From: Ancylonema sp.
Taxonomy: Eukaryota
Assembly (NCBI GenBank): GCA_050230475.1
Contig: JBFLGF010000213.1
Location: 1 to 47,798, forward strand
DNA length: 47,798 bases
Direction: 5' to 3'
The position numbers were made by a program, and so were the translations under genes. A model generated the notes under the pieces. That model was not told the DNA's origin and searched no databases. It worked only from the letters and a program-made list of their open reading frames with translations. Below, in pieces: positions 1 through 13,717 of the stretch. The stretch's first letter is position 1; every line of letters begins with the position of its first letter.

Positions 1-2
1 CG

Positions 3-2180
3 TGGCTCCACGACCATGAGCAGGCAGCTAGCACATGTGCTTTACGAGATCCGCGCACCAGTGGAGGAGAGACGCACAAGACCCAGATACCAACTTCAAA
101 GCCGCGGCACGAGGAACATCCGGCATGCAGCCACGGGTCGTGTAACGCGGGGCCGAGATGGCGGGTACGTCATTTGCGTGACTGTCGACAGGGCTGCAGC
201 GTTCATCCGTTGTTTCCTCTGCAGTGTTTTGCTGCACAAGACAAATTGTTAGAGGCTCAGAGATTTGGCGACATGGATGCCCCACCGTCGGAAGATTTGG
301 AGTTGGCGGGGATCCGCACCCAGTTAGACCAGTTATGGCGCAAGGTGGCACATTCGTTGCAACTTCAGAGTGTCAAAAGCCCGAAGATGGGGTCGCGTAG
401 GATGGGGCACCGAGTCCTGTCAAGCGATGGGGAAGGCCATCTGAACATCGTAAACGCGGCCGCAGGGAGGTCGCCATCCTACACCCGAGGCGAGCTTGTT
501 GAGAAGCAGACAGAAACGGACTCCGAGATCGCTATGGAAAGAGGTGCGAGGGGGGGTGGGGTTTTGTACTTCGAGGAGCGTTCCAACATTTTCAGCGAAG
601 TTGGGTCTGAGGAAGGAGGGTCGGCGGAGAAGGACATGGCTGTTGAGGAGCTTGACATGGTGAAGAAGCTCCTTTCGCGTCTGTCGGAGGATCAGGTGTT
701 GAGGTGGAAAGGAAAGATGAAAGATGATCTGCTCATCACCATGCAGCGCGAGAAGGACTCGCTGGAAGCCGAACTGCGGGTTGCGTGGCAGACCGTGGAG
801 AGCCTGGAATACAAAGTGCAGAGTTTGGAGAGGGGGTCGGAGGATGGATGTGTCGGTGGGGAGAAGGCGGGGGATGAAAGAGGCGATGCAGCGATGTGGA
901 CGGGGAGCAACCTCGGCACCCCTGGCACCGGCTCTCCCGACTCGACGACGGTGATGATGGAGGGGCGCGGGGCCGGGCGGTTTCGCGAAGGTCGGGAGTT
1001 GAAACAGCGGCTCAGCGGGCTCAGCGGGCTGGAGTCGAAAAAAGGGATGGAAGGATCCGGAGGGGGTTTTGGAAATTTCTTCCCCCGCCCCCCTCTTCGG
1101 GCCCGCTCCTCGGATCGCGAGCACATCGATCTGAAGAAGGCGAGGGCGGCGATGGAGGCGTACGCGGAGCGGGTGACGAAAGACCTCGCGGCGGCGCAGC
1201 AGAGTTGGGTGAAGTTGGGGCATCAGGCGCAGCAGCTGGCGCAGGAGGTGGAGATGCAGACGGGGAGGTTGAGAGACTGTGAGGGACAGCTGGCGCAGGT
1301 ACGGAAGGAACGAGACAGCTTGGTACCGGACCTCAAAGCGGCCCTGGGGGGGTGGTCGGCCGCGGCGGACGAGCTGGCAGCCTTCAGCCAACAGAATGTG
1401 GAGCTGGGGAAGGAGATCGAGGCGCTGCGGGGGGAATCGCATTCGCTGCACCAATCCCTCAAGATTGCCCAGGAGGAGAAGGAGGATCTGCGTCAGGAGA
1501 GGGACAGGTGGCAGGCCCACAAAGACATCATCGGAGAACGTGCGCGCATGGACACCAGCGAGAGGCGGGGGCGGGCGGAGGAGTACATCCACAGTCGGCG
1601 GGATTTGTTTGAGGAGCCCCCGTGCGGATCGGACTCCGAAGACGGCGAGTGGCGGAGAGGGAATGGCGGGGCGGGGCGGATGCGGCACAAATCGAGTGAC
1701 TTGCCGCTGAGTGGAGGGAGTGACTGGGACGCGGACGTGAGGAGCCATCTGCCTCCGATCTTGGTCCTGGGCTCCAATCGCAACCCTTCCTTCCCCCCCC
1801 GTTCCGGCACCACCTCCTTCACGGGGGGCTCTGAGCCCGGAGCGCAGAAGAGGGAGAGCCACAAGTTCAATCCCCGTGCCCCGCCCCCCGCCAAGGGGTC
1901 GGAGAGAGGCACGTATGTGCGCCAGATGAGCAGCCTGATTAGTAGAAGCAGTGTGGATCGAGGGGATGGGGAGAAGCGCAGGCACTCCACCCATCCTCAC
2001 CCGAAAGGGAATTCCAACATTGTTGGCAAGAAGCCCTTTGGCAGCCAGCTGTACCCCACGGAGAGCTTCAGTGACTGGCAGCGGTCGGATACTGCACCAG
2101 TGCCAGACCGGAAACGGACGCCTCATTCCCCCCCTCTGGCGCGCAAGCCTGTGCCGATCATTCTGTCCCAAAACTACTAA
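3..2180 (+). CDS. Uncharacterised coiled-coil protein with a disordered C-terminal tail, 5' end probably outside the window
   Basis: Frame 3 is open from position 3 to TAA at 2180. A probable in-frame 60-nt intron lies at 165-224 (GTACGT...TGCAG). Long heptad-like E/Q/L/K/R-rich stretches (LEAELRVAWQTVESLEYKVQSLE; LAAAQQSWVKLGHQAQQLAQEVE...LRQERDRWQ) are followed by a G/S/P/R-rich tail. Confidence 0.75.
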   Translation, partial: WLHDHEQAASTCALRDPRTSGGETHKTQIPTSKPRHEEHPACSHGSCNAGPRWRVRHLRDCRQGCSVHPLFPLQCFAAQDKLLEAQRFGDMDAPPSEDLELAGIRTQLDQLWRKVAHSLQLQSVKSPKMGSRRMGHRVLSSDGEGHLNIVNAAAGRSPSYTRGELVEKQTETDSEIAMERGARGGGVLYFEERSNIFSEVGSEEGGSAEKDMAVEELDMVKKLLSRLSEDQVLRWKGKMKDDLLITMQREKDSLEAELRVAWQTVESLEYKVQSLERGSEDGCVGGEKAGDERGDAAMWTGSNLGTPGTGSPDSTTVMMEGRGAGRFREGRELKQRLSGLSGLESKKGMEGSGGGFGNFFPRPPLRARSSDREHIDLKKARAAMEAYAERVTKDLAAAQQSWVKLGHQAQQLAQEVEMQTGRLRDCEGQLAQVRKERDSLVPDLKAALGGWSAAADELAAFSQQNVELGKEIEALRGESHSLHQSLKIAQEEKEDLRQERDRWQAHKDIIGERARMDTSERRGRAEEYIHSRRDLFEEPPCGSDSEDGEWRRGNGGAGRMRHKSSDLPLSGGSDWDADVRSHLPPILVLGSNRNPSFPPRSGTTSFTGGSEPGAQKRESHKFNPRAPPPAKGSERGTYVRQMSSLISRSSVDRGDGEKRRHSTHPHPKGNSNIVGKKPFGSQLYPTESFSDWQRSDTAPVPDRKRTPHSPPLARKPVPIILSQNY

Positions 2181-4726
2181 CCACTCGTGAAGCAAGACCG
2201 GCAGGATGGGCGGCAGCTCACAAGAAGGACAGGCCAGCAGGCGGTGGTTTGAGAATGTTGTACCAATAGTATTGTTCATTAGAGTGGGAAGGGATGCGCG
2301 CTGAGATGTGTTGGGTTCAAGTGAGATTGCGGAGACTGTCGAGGCAAGGGAGTGGGAAAGGGAGGGAATGGGTGTGGAGTATGGGGTTGAAACGTAGAAA
2401 GAGGGGTAGTTGAAGGGGGTATGGCAATGGGATGGCAAATGGGAGTGGAGGGAAGGTGGTACTTCCTCTTCGTCATTTTGTTCGATTAGAGTTGTATTTT
2501 TTTAGTAGGTCAATGTGTACCGCTCCTATTCCTTCATTCATTCTATTCAGATTTAGGTTAGTCAACTTCAAGATGTTTGGGTTGGAAAAAATGAGTTTAG
2601 GAAGGGAAAAGTGTCCCTATGGTTTGTTCTTTTTTTATTACATTTATTCATAGGGAAACTATTTCTTTCTTCACAAATGTGACGACATGTCGGGATGTCT
2701 ATTTGGACTCTTCATCTAGGCCATCAAGGTGTCGTGACTTGTACCTGATTCATCGGCGCAATAGCTATTGATGTCGTTGGGCAATGTATGTGAGTGGTTT
2801 AACATTCCGGCCAATGGGCCACCACCTGGACTAAAACCAGCGCCTATCAATGTGGTGCCTTGGTGATTTCGCACATCTCCTATCGCTTGTGGCAGAAGCA
2901 TGGATTTGGTTTAACGTCTCAGGGGGTGTCGTGGGTCATACTACCAATTTGTGTCATTGCATGCGTGTTGCCAAACCTGGCGAGTTGGGAGTGATTGTGA
3001 TGTGGTTATGCATCAGTATGTGGTGTATATTCACAGCACCTCTCAATGTCGTGTCTTGGAGCAATAATCTCGTAATATGGATTGAGCAGTGTTGGAGTAC
3101 AAGCTAGGATGAGATTACGAGTGAGATTATGATCATAATGAAGACGCTGAAGATGATGTAAGTAAGTGGCACGCCGCCCAATTGTTATATTTGCAACTAC
3201 ACACACACACACCAAACCCGCATGCCTTTCCTAGCTCTTTCTAACAACAGTGAAAACCGTGACCCGGCGGATTTTTCATAGCCAATCAAATGCCCGTCAC
3301 AATAATCCTCAATTAAATACTCGACGACATCCACTTCTTTGTGAGATGGTGAACACTTGCGAAAGTATGCATCCACAGCGATGGAAACATTATAAACAAC
3401 AGTTGGGCATTCTCAAAGGCTTTAATGCAAACTTGTATTTCCGTAGCTTCGTTGTGAAGTTATCTTTGAGTTTGTAAAACGAGATTCCATAATCATTTCG
3501 GATCGACACAAAACCGTAAGATCATCAGATGTGCCCGAATATCAACAAATTGATGATGCATTATATAACTTCTTTGCTCTTGTCGTGGAATTGACATTGA
3601 CACGACACCCTCAAGCGTCGTCACCCACTACCAGTTTTCGTTACCATGGCATTCACGTGAGTTCCATCGTCGATGGTTATGCCATCCACAACGAAATATT
3701 AACTTGTCGACAAACTAGTCACTATTAAAAAATCTCGACATTTGTATGGTACATCTCAATAATTATGCAGTGCTTCACATAATCACGTGAAATCTAGTAT
3801 TTGTGCTCACGCGCCTAAAGTGCTTAACAATCTCACATTCAACGAAACGGCATTTTAAGCAACTACATGCAAACATCAGTGTTCGACAATAACTTACGCC
3901 AAAGACAATTTAACATCTAGAATATATAATGCTTTTTAATAGAAGAAAAAAGTATCGAAGACCAGTAGTTATTTAGTCGCATTACTTCAAACAAGTACTC
4001 TACCCTATCGTCGAAGTTTGCATTTCAAAGTGGTTGATAATTTTGGACGCAAAGCCCTGATGGGAAAGTACGAATGATAGCGTTTTGTTTGCAATAAAAG
4101 TACAACGGTCATGAAAAACTGATTGGACATTCACCTAACATTATATTATCGAATCCCAAAAATTATATTAAATTATATCCCAAATTATGTTCAAATTATA
4201 TTAAATTTAGTGTTGCATCTGCAACGTGGACAGTTTCAAGTTTGTTAGTCTGGCGACGGTTATTGATTTTGTATTCGTGCGTCATTCAAAAGTACCGTTA
4301 CCGGTACCGACGCTGAACGACGCAGCGCCCGTTTGCACCGACAGTTTGGCTACGCCACTGTCCTGTCAACGAGGTTTTCTGACCAATCAGATACTGGAGT
4401 CCGCAACTGCGTCACGTCACGACAATTCGATGTCAAAATCATGTCGCTGTCAAGAAATGAGTCCATCAATGACAAGCCTCTCTCAACAACTCAACTGCCC
4501 TTAACTGAAAGAAAGCGCGACGTGATTATCTGTCATGCAGCGTAAAAGTTTGGTACAAAATCATAGTGCTGGCGTCCAGGAATATCGACATTTGCTCTTG
4601 CTTCTTTACTTCCTTGAATTTGTCTCGAGCTACAGATTTTCTCTGCGGTCAGGCATCGTTTATTTTGCCCAATTCAAAAGGATAAGCTGCAGTCCTCAGT
4701 CGTGAAGATTGAATAGTACTCTGGGC

Positions 4727-6781
4727 ATGGACTCTGCTCCACTCGCCGGCGATTTGGACATTGTTGTCGCGGCCAATGCGAATGGTAGCAATCTGACATT
4801 CTTAGACACGTGGCGCCAATTCTTTGAGCCGTACCACATCATCGTTGTCCAGTCCGGCACAGCAGATGGTCAGCGTCCACTCCAAGTGCCAGAAGGCTTC
4901 GATCATCAAATCATAACCAGAAACGATATCAAGCGCCTGCTCGGTCCAAAAGCTGCCTGCATATCCTCACAGGAAAGGTGAGAATCGTTAACCAGCCGGT
5001 TGAATCGAAGGGGACACGGGGATAACGGGGTCCTGGGGACCAAGTCGAATGCTATCATATCGATGAAACATTTCCGTACTCCCGTATTCTGTACGCTGTG
5101 TTTAAAATTTTCTTTTAATCGAGTCACAGATCCTTACAGCGACAAAAAACAAACTCCTTCTACCAAACATGACCTGAAATTGGATTTCCCTCACCGCCTG
5201 TATTATTTCAGCGCGTGCCGTTGCGTGGGGTGGCTGCTTTCGACCAAGCGCTACATCCTGACCATCACAGACGATTGCTTCCCAACGACACATCCAACGA
5301 CCCGCGCCCAAATCAACATTGTCTCCCAGCACGCAACCAATCTTCAGGCTCCCTCCACACCATTCTTCTTCAACACTCTCTACGACCCATACCGGGACTC
5401 GTGCGACTTTGTACGAGGGTACCCCTTCAGGTGTGACGTCGGGTCCCTGATTTCCGAAAATTGCCAGTCTATATTCATATGCAAACATTGAGAGATAAAA
5501 ATTACGTGGTAAATTAAGTCACGTGGTAACCAGTGCACGACCTATCAGAAAATTTAAAAGCTTATTGTTTTCCTCTACACGTGGCAGTCTTCGAGAGGGT
5601 GCACCAACAGCGATTTCCCACGGCCTGTGGCTCAACTCCCCCGACTACGATGCCCCAACTCAGCTGGTGAAGCCGATGGAGCGCAACAATCGCTATGTCG
5701 ACGCGGTACTCACCATTCCCAAGGTACGAATTCACATCCGTAAAGAGCGTCTGCTTTCCATTTCATGAATGAAATAAAGTTTTGTGTGATAAGGGAGTTA
5801 TATGTATTCTTTTACCCTGCAAGCATCGGAAACTCGCAGATTACCGACATCAAGGCGTCGATTTCTTAATCATCTTTGTACTGTGTCGACGATCATGCAG
5901 CAGTAGACTTCATTCTTCTTTTAAGTTCTTGTGGCTTCACTGCAGGGCTCCCTGTTCCCCATGTCTGGAATGAACCTGGCATTCGACCGCGAGCTAATTG
6001 GGCCTGCGATGTTCTTCCCACCCATGGGAGAATCTCAGCCGTTGGGCCTGAATGATGACATGTGGGCGGGATGGTGCTCGAAAGTGATCTGTGACCATCT
6101 GGGATACGGCGTTAAGACAGGCCTGCCGTACGTGTGGAGAGAACGGATCACCAGCGCATTCACTAATCTGAGGTAGGGCAAAGTTCCCGGGACGGTCATC
6201 GGTAAAAATACGGAAGTTTCAGTAGTTCCGCTACTCAAAACTTAAACGCACTGAGTGGGAGATTGTTTCGAGATGGACTGAACACTAAGCTGATTTGTTG
6301 ACAAGTGCACAATTTTTTTCCCATATTTCTCGTTTGCTACTTAAAGACGTTTTTCGTACATGTCGTCGTGGTCAATAGGAAGGAGTATCGTGGACTATTC
6401 AGGCAAGAGGAGATCATTCCCTTCTTTCAACTCTTGCGTCTCACGGAGGAGGCAAACACACCCGAGAAATGCTACTTGGAGATTGCCCAGCAGGTACGTT
6501 GACTTCGCATATTCCGTTCCGTCGAGGGTAAGGAATAGTTCGTTAAGCTAAAATATTCAACGCATAGTCTTGTAACACGATTTTTTGGCTTATGGGAGGG
6601 GTACGATTGTTCCTCTCCATAAGCGGAGCTCTTGGTTTTTGTTCAGGTCAAGGAGAAGCTATCGAAGGTGGACACGTACGTCACGAAGCTTGCGGACACG
6701 ATGGTGGTGTGGATCGAAGTTTGGCAGCAATTCAACCAACCTACAATCTCCGCCCCACCCACTCCGCGGATGGCACACTAG
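4727..6781 (+). CDS. RGP: Reversibly glycosylated polypeptide / UDP-arabinopyranose mutase (GT75) family protein, 6 exons, about 360 aa
   Basis: Exons 4727-4977, 5212-5430, 5588-5723, 5946-6172, 6379-6493 and 6647-6781 join in frame via GT-AG introns (1083 nt). Family motifs: [95 protein letters not shown]. Confidence 0.93.
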
Positions 6782-7624
6782 ATAAAAAAAAACGTACAGA
6801 ATACGTGCCTTCTTGAATATGTTTTGGTTTCTAAGTTTATAGCTCAAAGAGGAAGATATTGATGGCTTCGTATGTCACTACTGCTTTGTTGTGAAACATC
6901 TATCGTTAGATTTGCAATGATGTGGGTGTTCATAGAAACATAAACACCGCGATTTGCAGATGTCAATATTGGTGATTTATACTTCTTTATTTCAGATTCA
7001 AATACATAATTAGCGTGTGAAAATAGCCAAAAATAAGTTTGTAGCAATGTCGTTGAGGTAAAATATGGATTATAAAAGGAAGTACGCTTTTGACGTGCAT
7101 TTTTGAAGTGCATGGTTATAATCTTGCGATGAATATATTTATTTCAAAGCGTATTATGTATTTTAACAATGTACATACTAAAATTAACCACTGTTTGCAA
7201 TGACCCTCTCTCTACTTCAGAATTTCGATAAACATGGAAGATTTCATCGGAAGTTACTATCTATTTCTCCTTTGGTCACTACAAAGAACTTTGTGATGTC
7301 TACATAGGTCCACAATCTGTAATTACGTCCGAAAGTCATGGTAGCTAATTATTTGCAGATTTCATCACATGCAAGAAATATCTCATGACCAAATTTATGT
7401 GTATTGTCCAAACGTCTATTGGAAAATATACGTTAAAGATCTACATCGAAAGTATATGAGTAAGAGAACCAGCCATCGTCCACAACGCAAGTATCGAATT
7501 TGATATCAGACGGTAAGTCGACTACTTTGCGCCACTTGCAATGTGCTTTCAATGGCTTGCATTGCACATTTCCACCCTCGGGCCAATCCGCTTCCTCCAA
7601 CACCAACATCTCCCTTCCATCTAC

Positions 7625-9726
7625 CTACTCAATCAAGAATTTAAGAGCGAGCCTCCTTGGAATACATTCCAAGGGGGAGGATGGTTTCTCATCCTCGCCT
7701 TCTCTTATATCCACCCTCTTCTGGTCGGCACACGCATTTCCCACTTTCATCTTCCCAACTCCATTCTCTCCGTTCGTCGACTCCTCTTCGAATTCCTCCG
7801 CGTACAGCCCGAGTCCCCCCGTGAACTTGCAAAGAAATGTCGGTAAGGGGAGTGGGAAATCGGGTGTGCTTTCTTGAGTTGCTTCCCCCCCGGGATAGGA
7901 TCCGACCGGGTGGCCGTTGATGTGATTCCAACATTCCTGGAGCACGTTCCGTATGATCTTGTTACCGCTCGGCTTGAGGCTTCGGATGGCGTCTTCTTGA
8001 CTCGTGCGGAGGCAAAGCATCATTGGGACGCGTTCCGAGAAGAGCTTGCCACTGAAGGGGGCATGAGGTGAAGGGGAAAATCTGGTAAATAATTGCATGA
8101 GGTAAAGAACACTGCCCCTCATATCGATGAAACTTACCCCATGCGGGCGCTGTTCACATTGAACGAAATCACCCTCCCCTCGCCTAAAGTATGAGCTTCA
8201 GCTTCGGTCGTCCACGCACCCTGATGCCAAAAGAAATATAGACCAAGTCAGTGAGGGCTCTCTCTTTGTACCAGATGAGTGATGATGAAGACAATGAGGA
8301 CAATGAGGACAATGAAGACATTGAGGAGTCACATCGATGATCCAGGATAACACATCGATCGATATACGCATCGATGCATCGACTTACAATATCTCTGATC
8401 GGACATTGTTGTCTGTCCCACCCCATTCACCTCAATTTTGCACTGATGGTATTTTTCGAGTATTTACTTCAAATCTAGCTCATTCATAGTACACCTATAT
8501 AGTAGAGAATCGTAATGTTACCGAAATTTTACCTCAAAACAAAAATGTTGCATGTATACTCTGAACCCCGTGCTCTTTCCCGAAAGAAGTTGAATGCTGT
8601 TTCCGCCACTGGACACCTGGACCTTGCCGCAGGAATCCATCTGCGGCAATGCCACAAGCATTGTGACTTGCAGGTAAGAATGGGGAAAACAAATTACGTG
8701 CATAGTCTGGCAAAAAATAGCAATGCGATGTACCTTCCGTCGCACGAACATCTTGAGCAAATTCGACATCACCCCTCCCACGAGACTCGACCGCGGCGCA
8801 CCCTCAAACAATCTCTCAAGGGGGTACACGGGCTTCTCGTCGACCACTTTGGGGGGGACCACTACTACTTCTACTGGAACCTCGATGAAATACGACTCCT
8901 CAATCTTCTCACCACCTCCTGCCTGTCCGGGCGAAAATATCGATACTGGTCGATCGTGTGGTTGGGTTCTAAATTCATTCGACGACACATCGAGCGCTCG
9001 GTAATAAATTGAGTTTGAGGTGGGGCTGGGGACGGGTGAATGAAATACATCGGGTGCTAATGTCTGAGCCACGGTGCACCCCCGCCCCCTCGGGGATGCC
9101 TTGGCTACCGGACTCCTACATGCGAGGGTCGAGAGCTGAAACGAGTCAACATATCGCGGGGATGCTCTCGTGAGTCCGTCGGAAGAACTAGACGAAGGCT
9201 CGTGACATGTCGGCGGATTTGGGAACCCTGGAAAAGAGTCCGAGGCTCGTCGATGTGGATGGACCTGAAGAACACTCAAAGGCCTGGCGGATTTGAGGCT
9301 CGACTTTGGGTGCTTCGCAGCCCTGGGGAGGTACAGGCCATCAGCGCGAATATGGGGGGGTGTCTGGGGTGGCGATGAGGTGAAGGAGGAACTGAGGGAG
9401 GCAATAACGGCCTCCCTGTGATTTTCCGACTTGCAATTGCACTGCGGTGAATCTGGATGCGGAAATGCGTGAGGAGCCATCTCTAGGTGCACCTCATCGT
9501 GTGAAGGCCCTTCAGCCGGTTCCACGTGATTTTCACCGTCGTCTATATTTTCGTCAACATCGTGACTTGTACAGCAGTTTGCAGAGCTGCATACTGCCTG
9601 AATACGATGCCACAAAGTGAACTTCTGTGGGCTATCCTCCGCATGGGCTGTGGTGTGCGCGGAAAAACTAGGATCATCGAGGGATTCAATTCTCCCTGGA
9701 ACACTATAGTGCATGACTGTCGTCAT
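7625..9726 (-). CDS. Uncharacterised 546-aa protein with a Ser/Pro/His-rich disordered N-terminus and a putative DUF2993/LmeA-like C-terminal domain, 4 exons
   Basis: Exons 9726-8734, 8640-8533, 8220-8138 and 8081-7625 join in frame via GT-AG introns (1641 nt). The spliced domain LLKMFVRRKMDSCGKVQVSSGGNSIQLLSGKSTGFRVYMQHFCFEG...FSERVPMMLCLRTSQEDAIRSL resembles my recollection of cyanobacterial DUF2993 proteins. The gene model is firmer than the domain call. Confidence 0.7.
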
Positions 9727-11939
9727 GCTGTATCGAATATGGAGCGCTCGACGTGAAGAATCGAGCGGGTCTGTTGTACGAGATCAAGAAGATCAGGTCG
9801 CGGAGGTGGGGGAGGAAGGCAGTATGGCTGATCGCTGATTGTTTCAATGCTGTAGTTTATCTTTGGACAGCTGTACGTCAATATTTATGTCAGGGGACAT
9901 GCGGGGCACGAGGCGAATCCGAAATTGCCACGTGTGTGACATTGTTCTTCGGTAAAAAAAAGTGACCTCTGTGCGGATCCCTTGCAGTGGATAGATGCGC
10001 AAATTTTAACACATGAATTTAACCGCACAATCATGATCAAGCGGGTAATGGAAATCATGTGGTGCGCTTGAAATCCTCAATTTGTACGGAAGATGGACAG
10101 GGAATTTTATACCCTGACCGAATGACCTGTGACCGGTCGGATGACCGGTTCATCCGACGTGTCGACGTAGGGATTCCCGAGAAGGTGGAGTACAACAATC
10201 TTCTGTTAATGATTACAAAAATTGATACCGAAGATGCCAAGAGATAACCACAGCGGCTAACTGCATCGGCGTTGCTGATGAGATCGAAATCCTGATTAGA
10301 AAGGAAGGTCTCCAATCTCAAAGTATCTGGTGACGTGGCCTGTAGGAAGGTTTCGTCAATTTCAAGACGTCCACGCTGGGACTGTCTCGTCAGTTACTGC
10401 ATTATGTACTCGCAATTACCAAACCAACGCGGAAGTTTCAATGACTATTGTGTGTCCAACGGATAACGCTCAACGAGATGGCATGCCTTCATTAATCTAT
10501 TTATATTGATCAAGGATTCTATATTCTAGATTCTAGATCGTCATTTGGTACATGAACGCCCCTGGTTATTTGTGACGATAATTGTTCATCGTAACACATT
10601 GGTACGCATAACTTCTGGTAAGTGTTACTACCTTCGCCCCTCGTTAAATATCGAAAACATTGTGGCTATCGAGGTGTTGATATCGTGGATGCTTTGTTGT
10701 TGTCGTTATACACGATGGGTATGGAAGCAAAGCTATTAAGTCATTTACTTGCATGTTGTGAGATGATGGTCGCCTATAACGAGTGATGAACACGTGAACG
10801 CATCACGTTTTTTATACATGCGTGCGAGAGATCTCGTAACGGTATTTCGTGAAATACGATCGTATCGTCTATCGCCGTAATTACGCCTTGTTATACTTTG
10901 AAGTTTTATTAGCGGTGCTTACACTATTTTGAGATATGTGGTACTTCTGTAAGTTGTGTCATTACATGGAGAACAAATGTAGTCTCCTACTAGCGACACT
11001 TTTGTTGAGGGGTTATCCGAAAAAAGTGTCATTACACTGGTGTACAAATGGGCCACTTTGACGCTTGTGAGCTATCATAGGTATTGTGTGTTGGGATTTA
11101 ACGAGTATCAAGTTCAATCAAGGAGTGGATGGATTCAACGCACATCTACAATTACATGTAGAGGTGACGAAGGTGCACACGCGTTTGTACAAGTAATAAT
11201 GTGTAGATACCCATCATCACTTGTACATACGAAGCTTGAGAGTACAGGCACGGATGCGCACTTATTTATTCCGTTGCTTTTTAGTAAGTACGGTACATAA
11301 TCTCGAAATAGTGAATACACATATCTCAAGTGTCAATTTGGTGTCGTTGAATGGGATTATTGCTTGTCTTACGTCTCGCCAAAAAAAAAACTGTACCCGA
11401 ATTGAGAGACGGCGGGAAAGAGCGCAAAGCAAAAAATAGGTATACGTGTTATTACTTATATATTAATATAATCAGAGATTTATAAACTTTTTCTTTCAAT
11501 CGGCTCAAAACGTGCTTGCCTATGGTGAAGCGGGTCACCAAATGTTCTTTGTGTTGAGCCGTTAAATACATTTAATCAACGATCAATATCATATAAGTTA
11601 GTTTGTGTCTTACTGACTGTGAGGAATAATGATTGATTTTGTTTGTGATATTGGTGAAAAAAAATAAGTTAAAGTTGACGAGCTGTAACGATTTCGTATG
11701 TATATTTGGCCACATTGCCGGCTTATAATACGGCATGGAGTTGGTGCATGACTCAGAGTGGATAAACCCAATCTACTTATCCGTTCACCTTGGTAAATGC
11801 CATCGCCATCGACTATATCACGAGTTTACCTATCTTGTGTAAAGCTTTCCCGTATTGATTCAAAAAAGTTGAACTTAACTTAATCCTAGCGTATATCATT
11901 CATTCACAAGAATCGATCCATACGTGTGACTTGTTTAGG

Positions 11940-12646
<707 letters not shown>

Positions 12647-13717
12647 ATTATTCATTGTGATTAAAAATTGACATGCTTCGAACTTCTCGGGAGTATAGAT
12701 TAGTTTGTGCAAGCTACTCAAAAACCGAGTGAATGCAAGTTCTATAGGTGATTTTAATGCACTCATTGATGCAATAATGGTACATTATTGGTTAGATTCT
12801 AGCCAAAAATTGGCTCTCTTACTTACGACGTGAAGTGTTCGAAGTCAACATTTCCCTTCTTCCGGAGGGTCATGCATAGTTCCTTAGTCGAGAACGCGTG
12901 ATTATTTTTGGCAAACATCCGGTTTCATACGTGTCATGGTCGTGAAAATATATGTTATAATGGAAACGCACTAAACGTATTTAATAACACGGACCAAAAA
13001 AGTGATCCAAAGCTAAAACCTCCTCCATAATACAAATAAGATTTCATTTGGGTTGGATATCTTCAAAAAAAAAAAGACGATTGCTAGTAGTCAATATCGG
13101 TTGCTAAAACGTCGCCACCCATGCACACATACGCATTTTTATTTTGATGAAACGAATCAGTCAACCAATGTCTTACACAACATTCCGAAGCTATAAACAC
13201 AAAGATCGGTTGACATGTAATAAATGTTGCTAAACATATGGCACACAATGAAATGATTTCATGCAATGAAAGTAATATAATTCACAACGTTTTCAAAGAC
13301 GGTGAAAAATAAAATCTCGGAATTTAAACAATATGCGAAAATACAGCACAATAAGTACGACACTGAAATTACAAGACGCTTACACAATTGCACAAAACAT
13401 CAAAATACAGGGAGCACACTTCGAAAAATGGATTATAAAAAACATAAAAAAAAATTGCATTACAATCGGTGTTGAATTCAGAGATTGTGAAGTGACAGCG
13501 AAGTAGGTAATTTATGAGCGTGAAACGGTTTTCGCACATTTTCATAAACCAGGGCAACACGTTTGCCTTCAGCTTTGTGACCTTAACACGATGATCCGTG
13601 TCGACTGGCCTTAATCAAAGTTTTTAATTCAAGATTATGAACCCCTGCGATTTCCGGACCCTTCAACACCCTCAAAATGTGATCTTGTTTGAAAGGTAAA
13701 AAATGACAACTACTATT

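Noticed and set aside
420..2438. 672-aa minus-strand ORF
   Set aside because: Antisense shadow of the GC-rich + strand coiled-coil gene, with no protein-like features.
2700..3110. Possible gene fragment (WFNIPANGPPP)
   Set aside because: Too short and interrupted by stops, with no splice context or recognisable domain.
10270..10310. CTGATGAGATCGAAAT resembling a minimal hammerhead ribozyme core
   Set aside because: Stem II would have only a 2-nt loop and no stem I partner is present.
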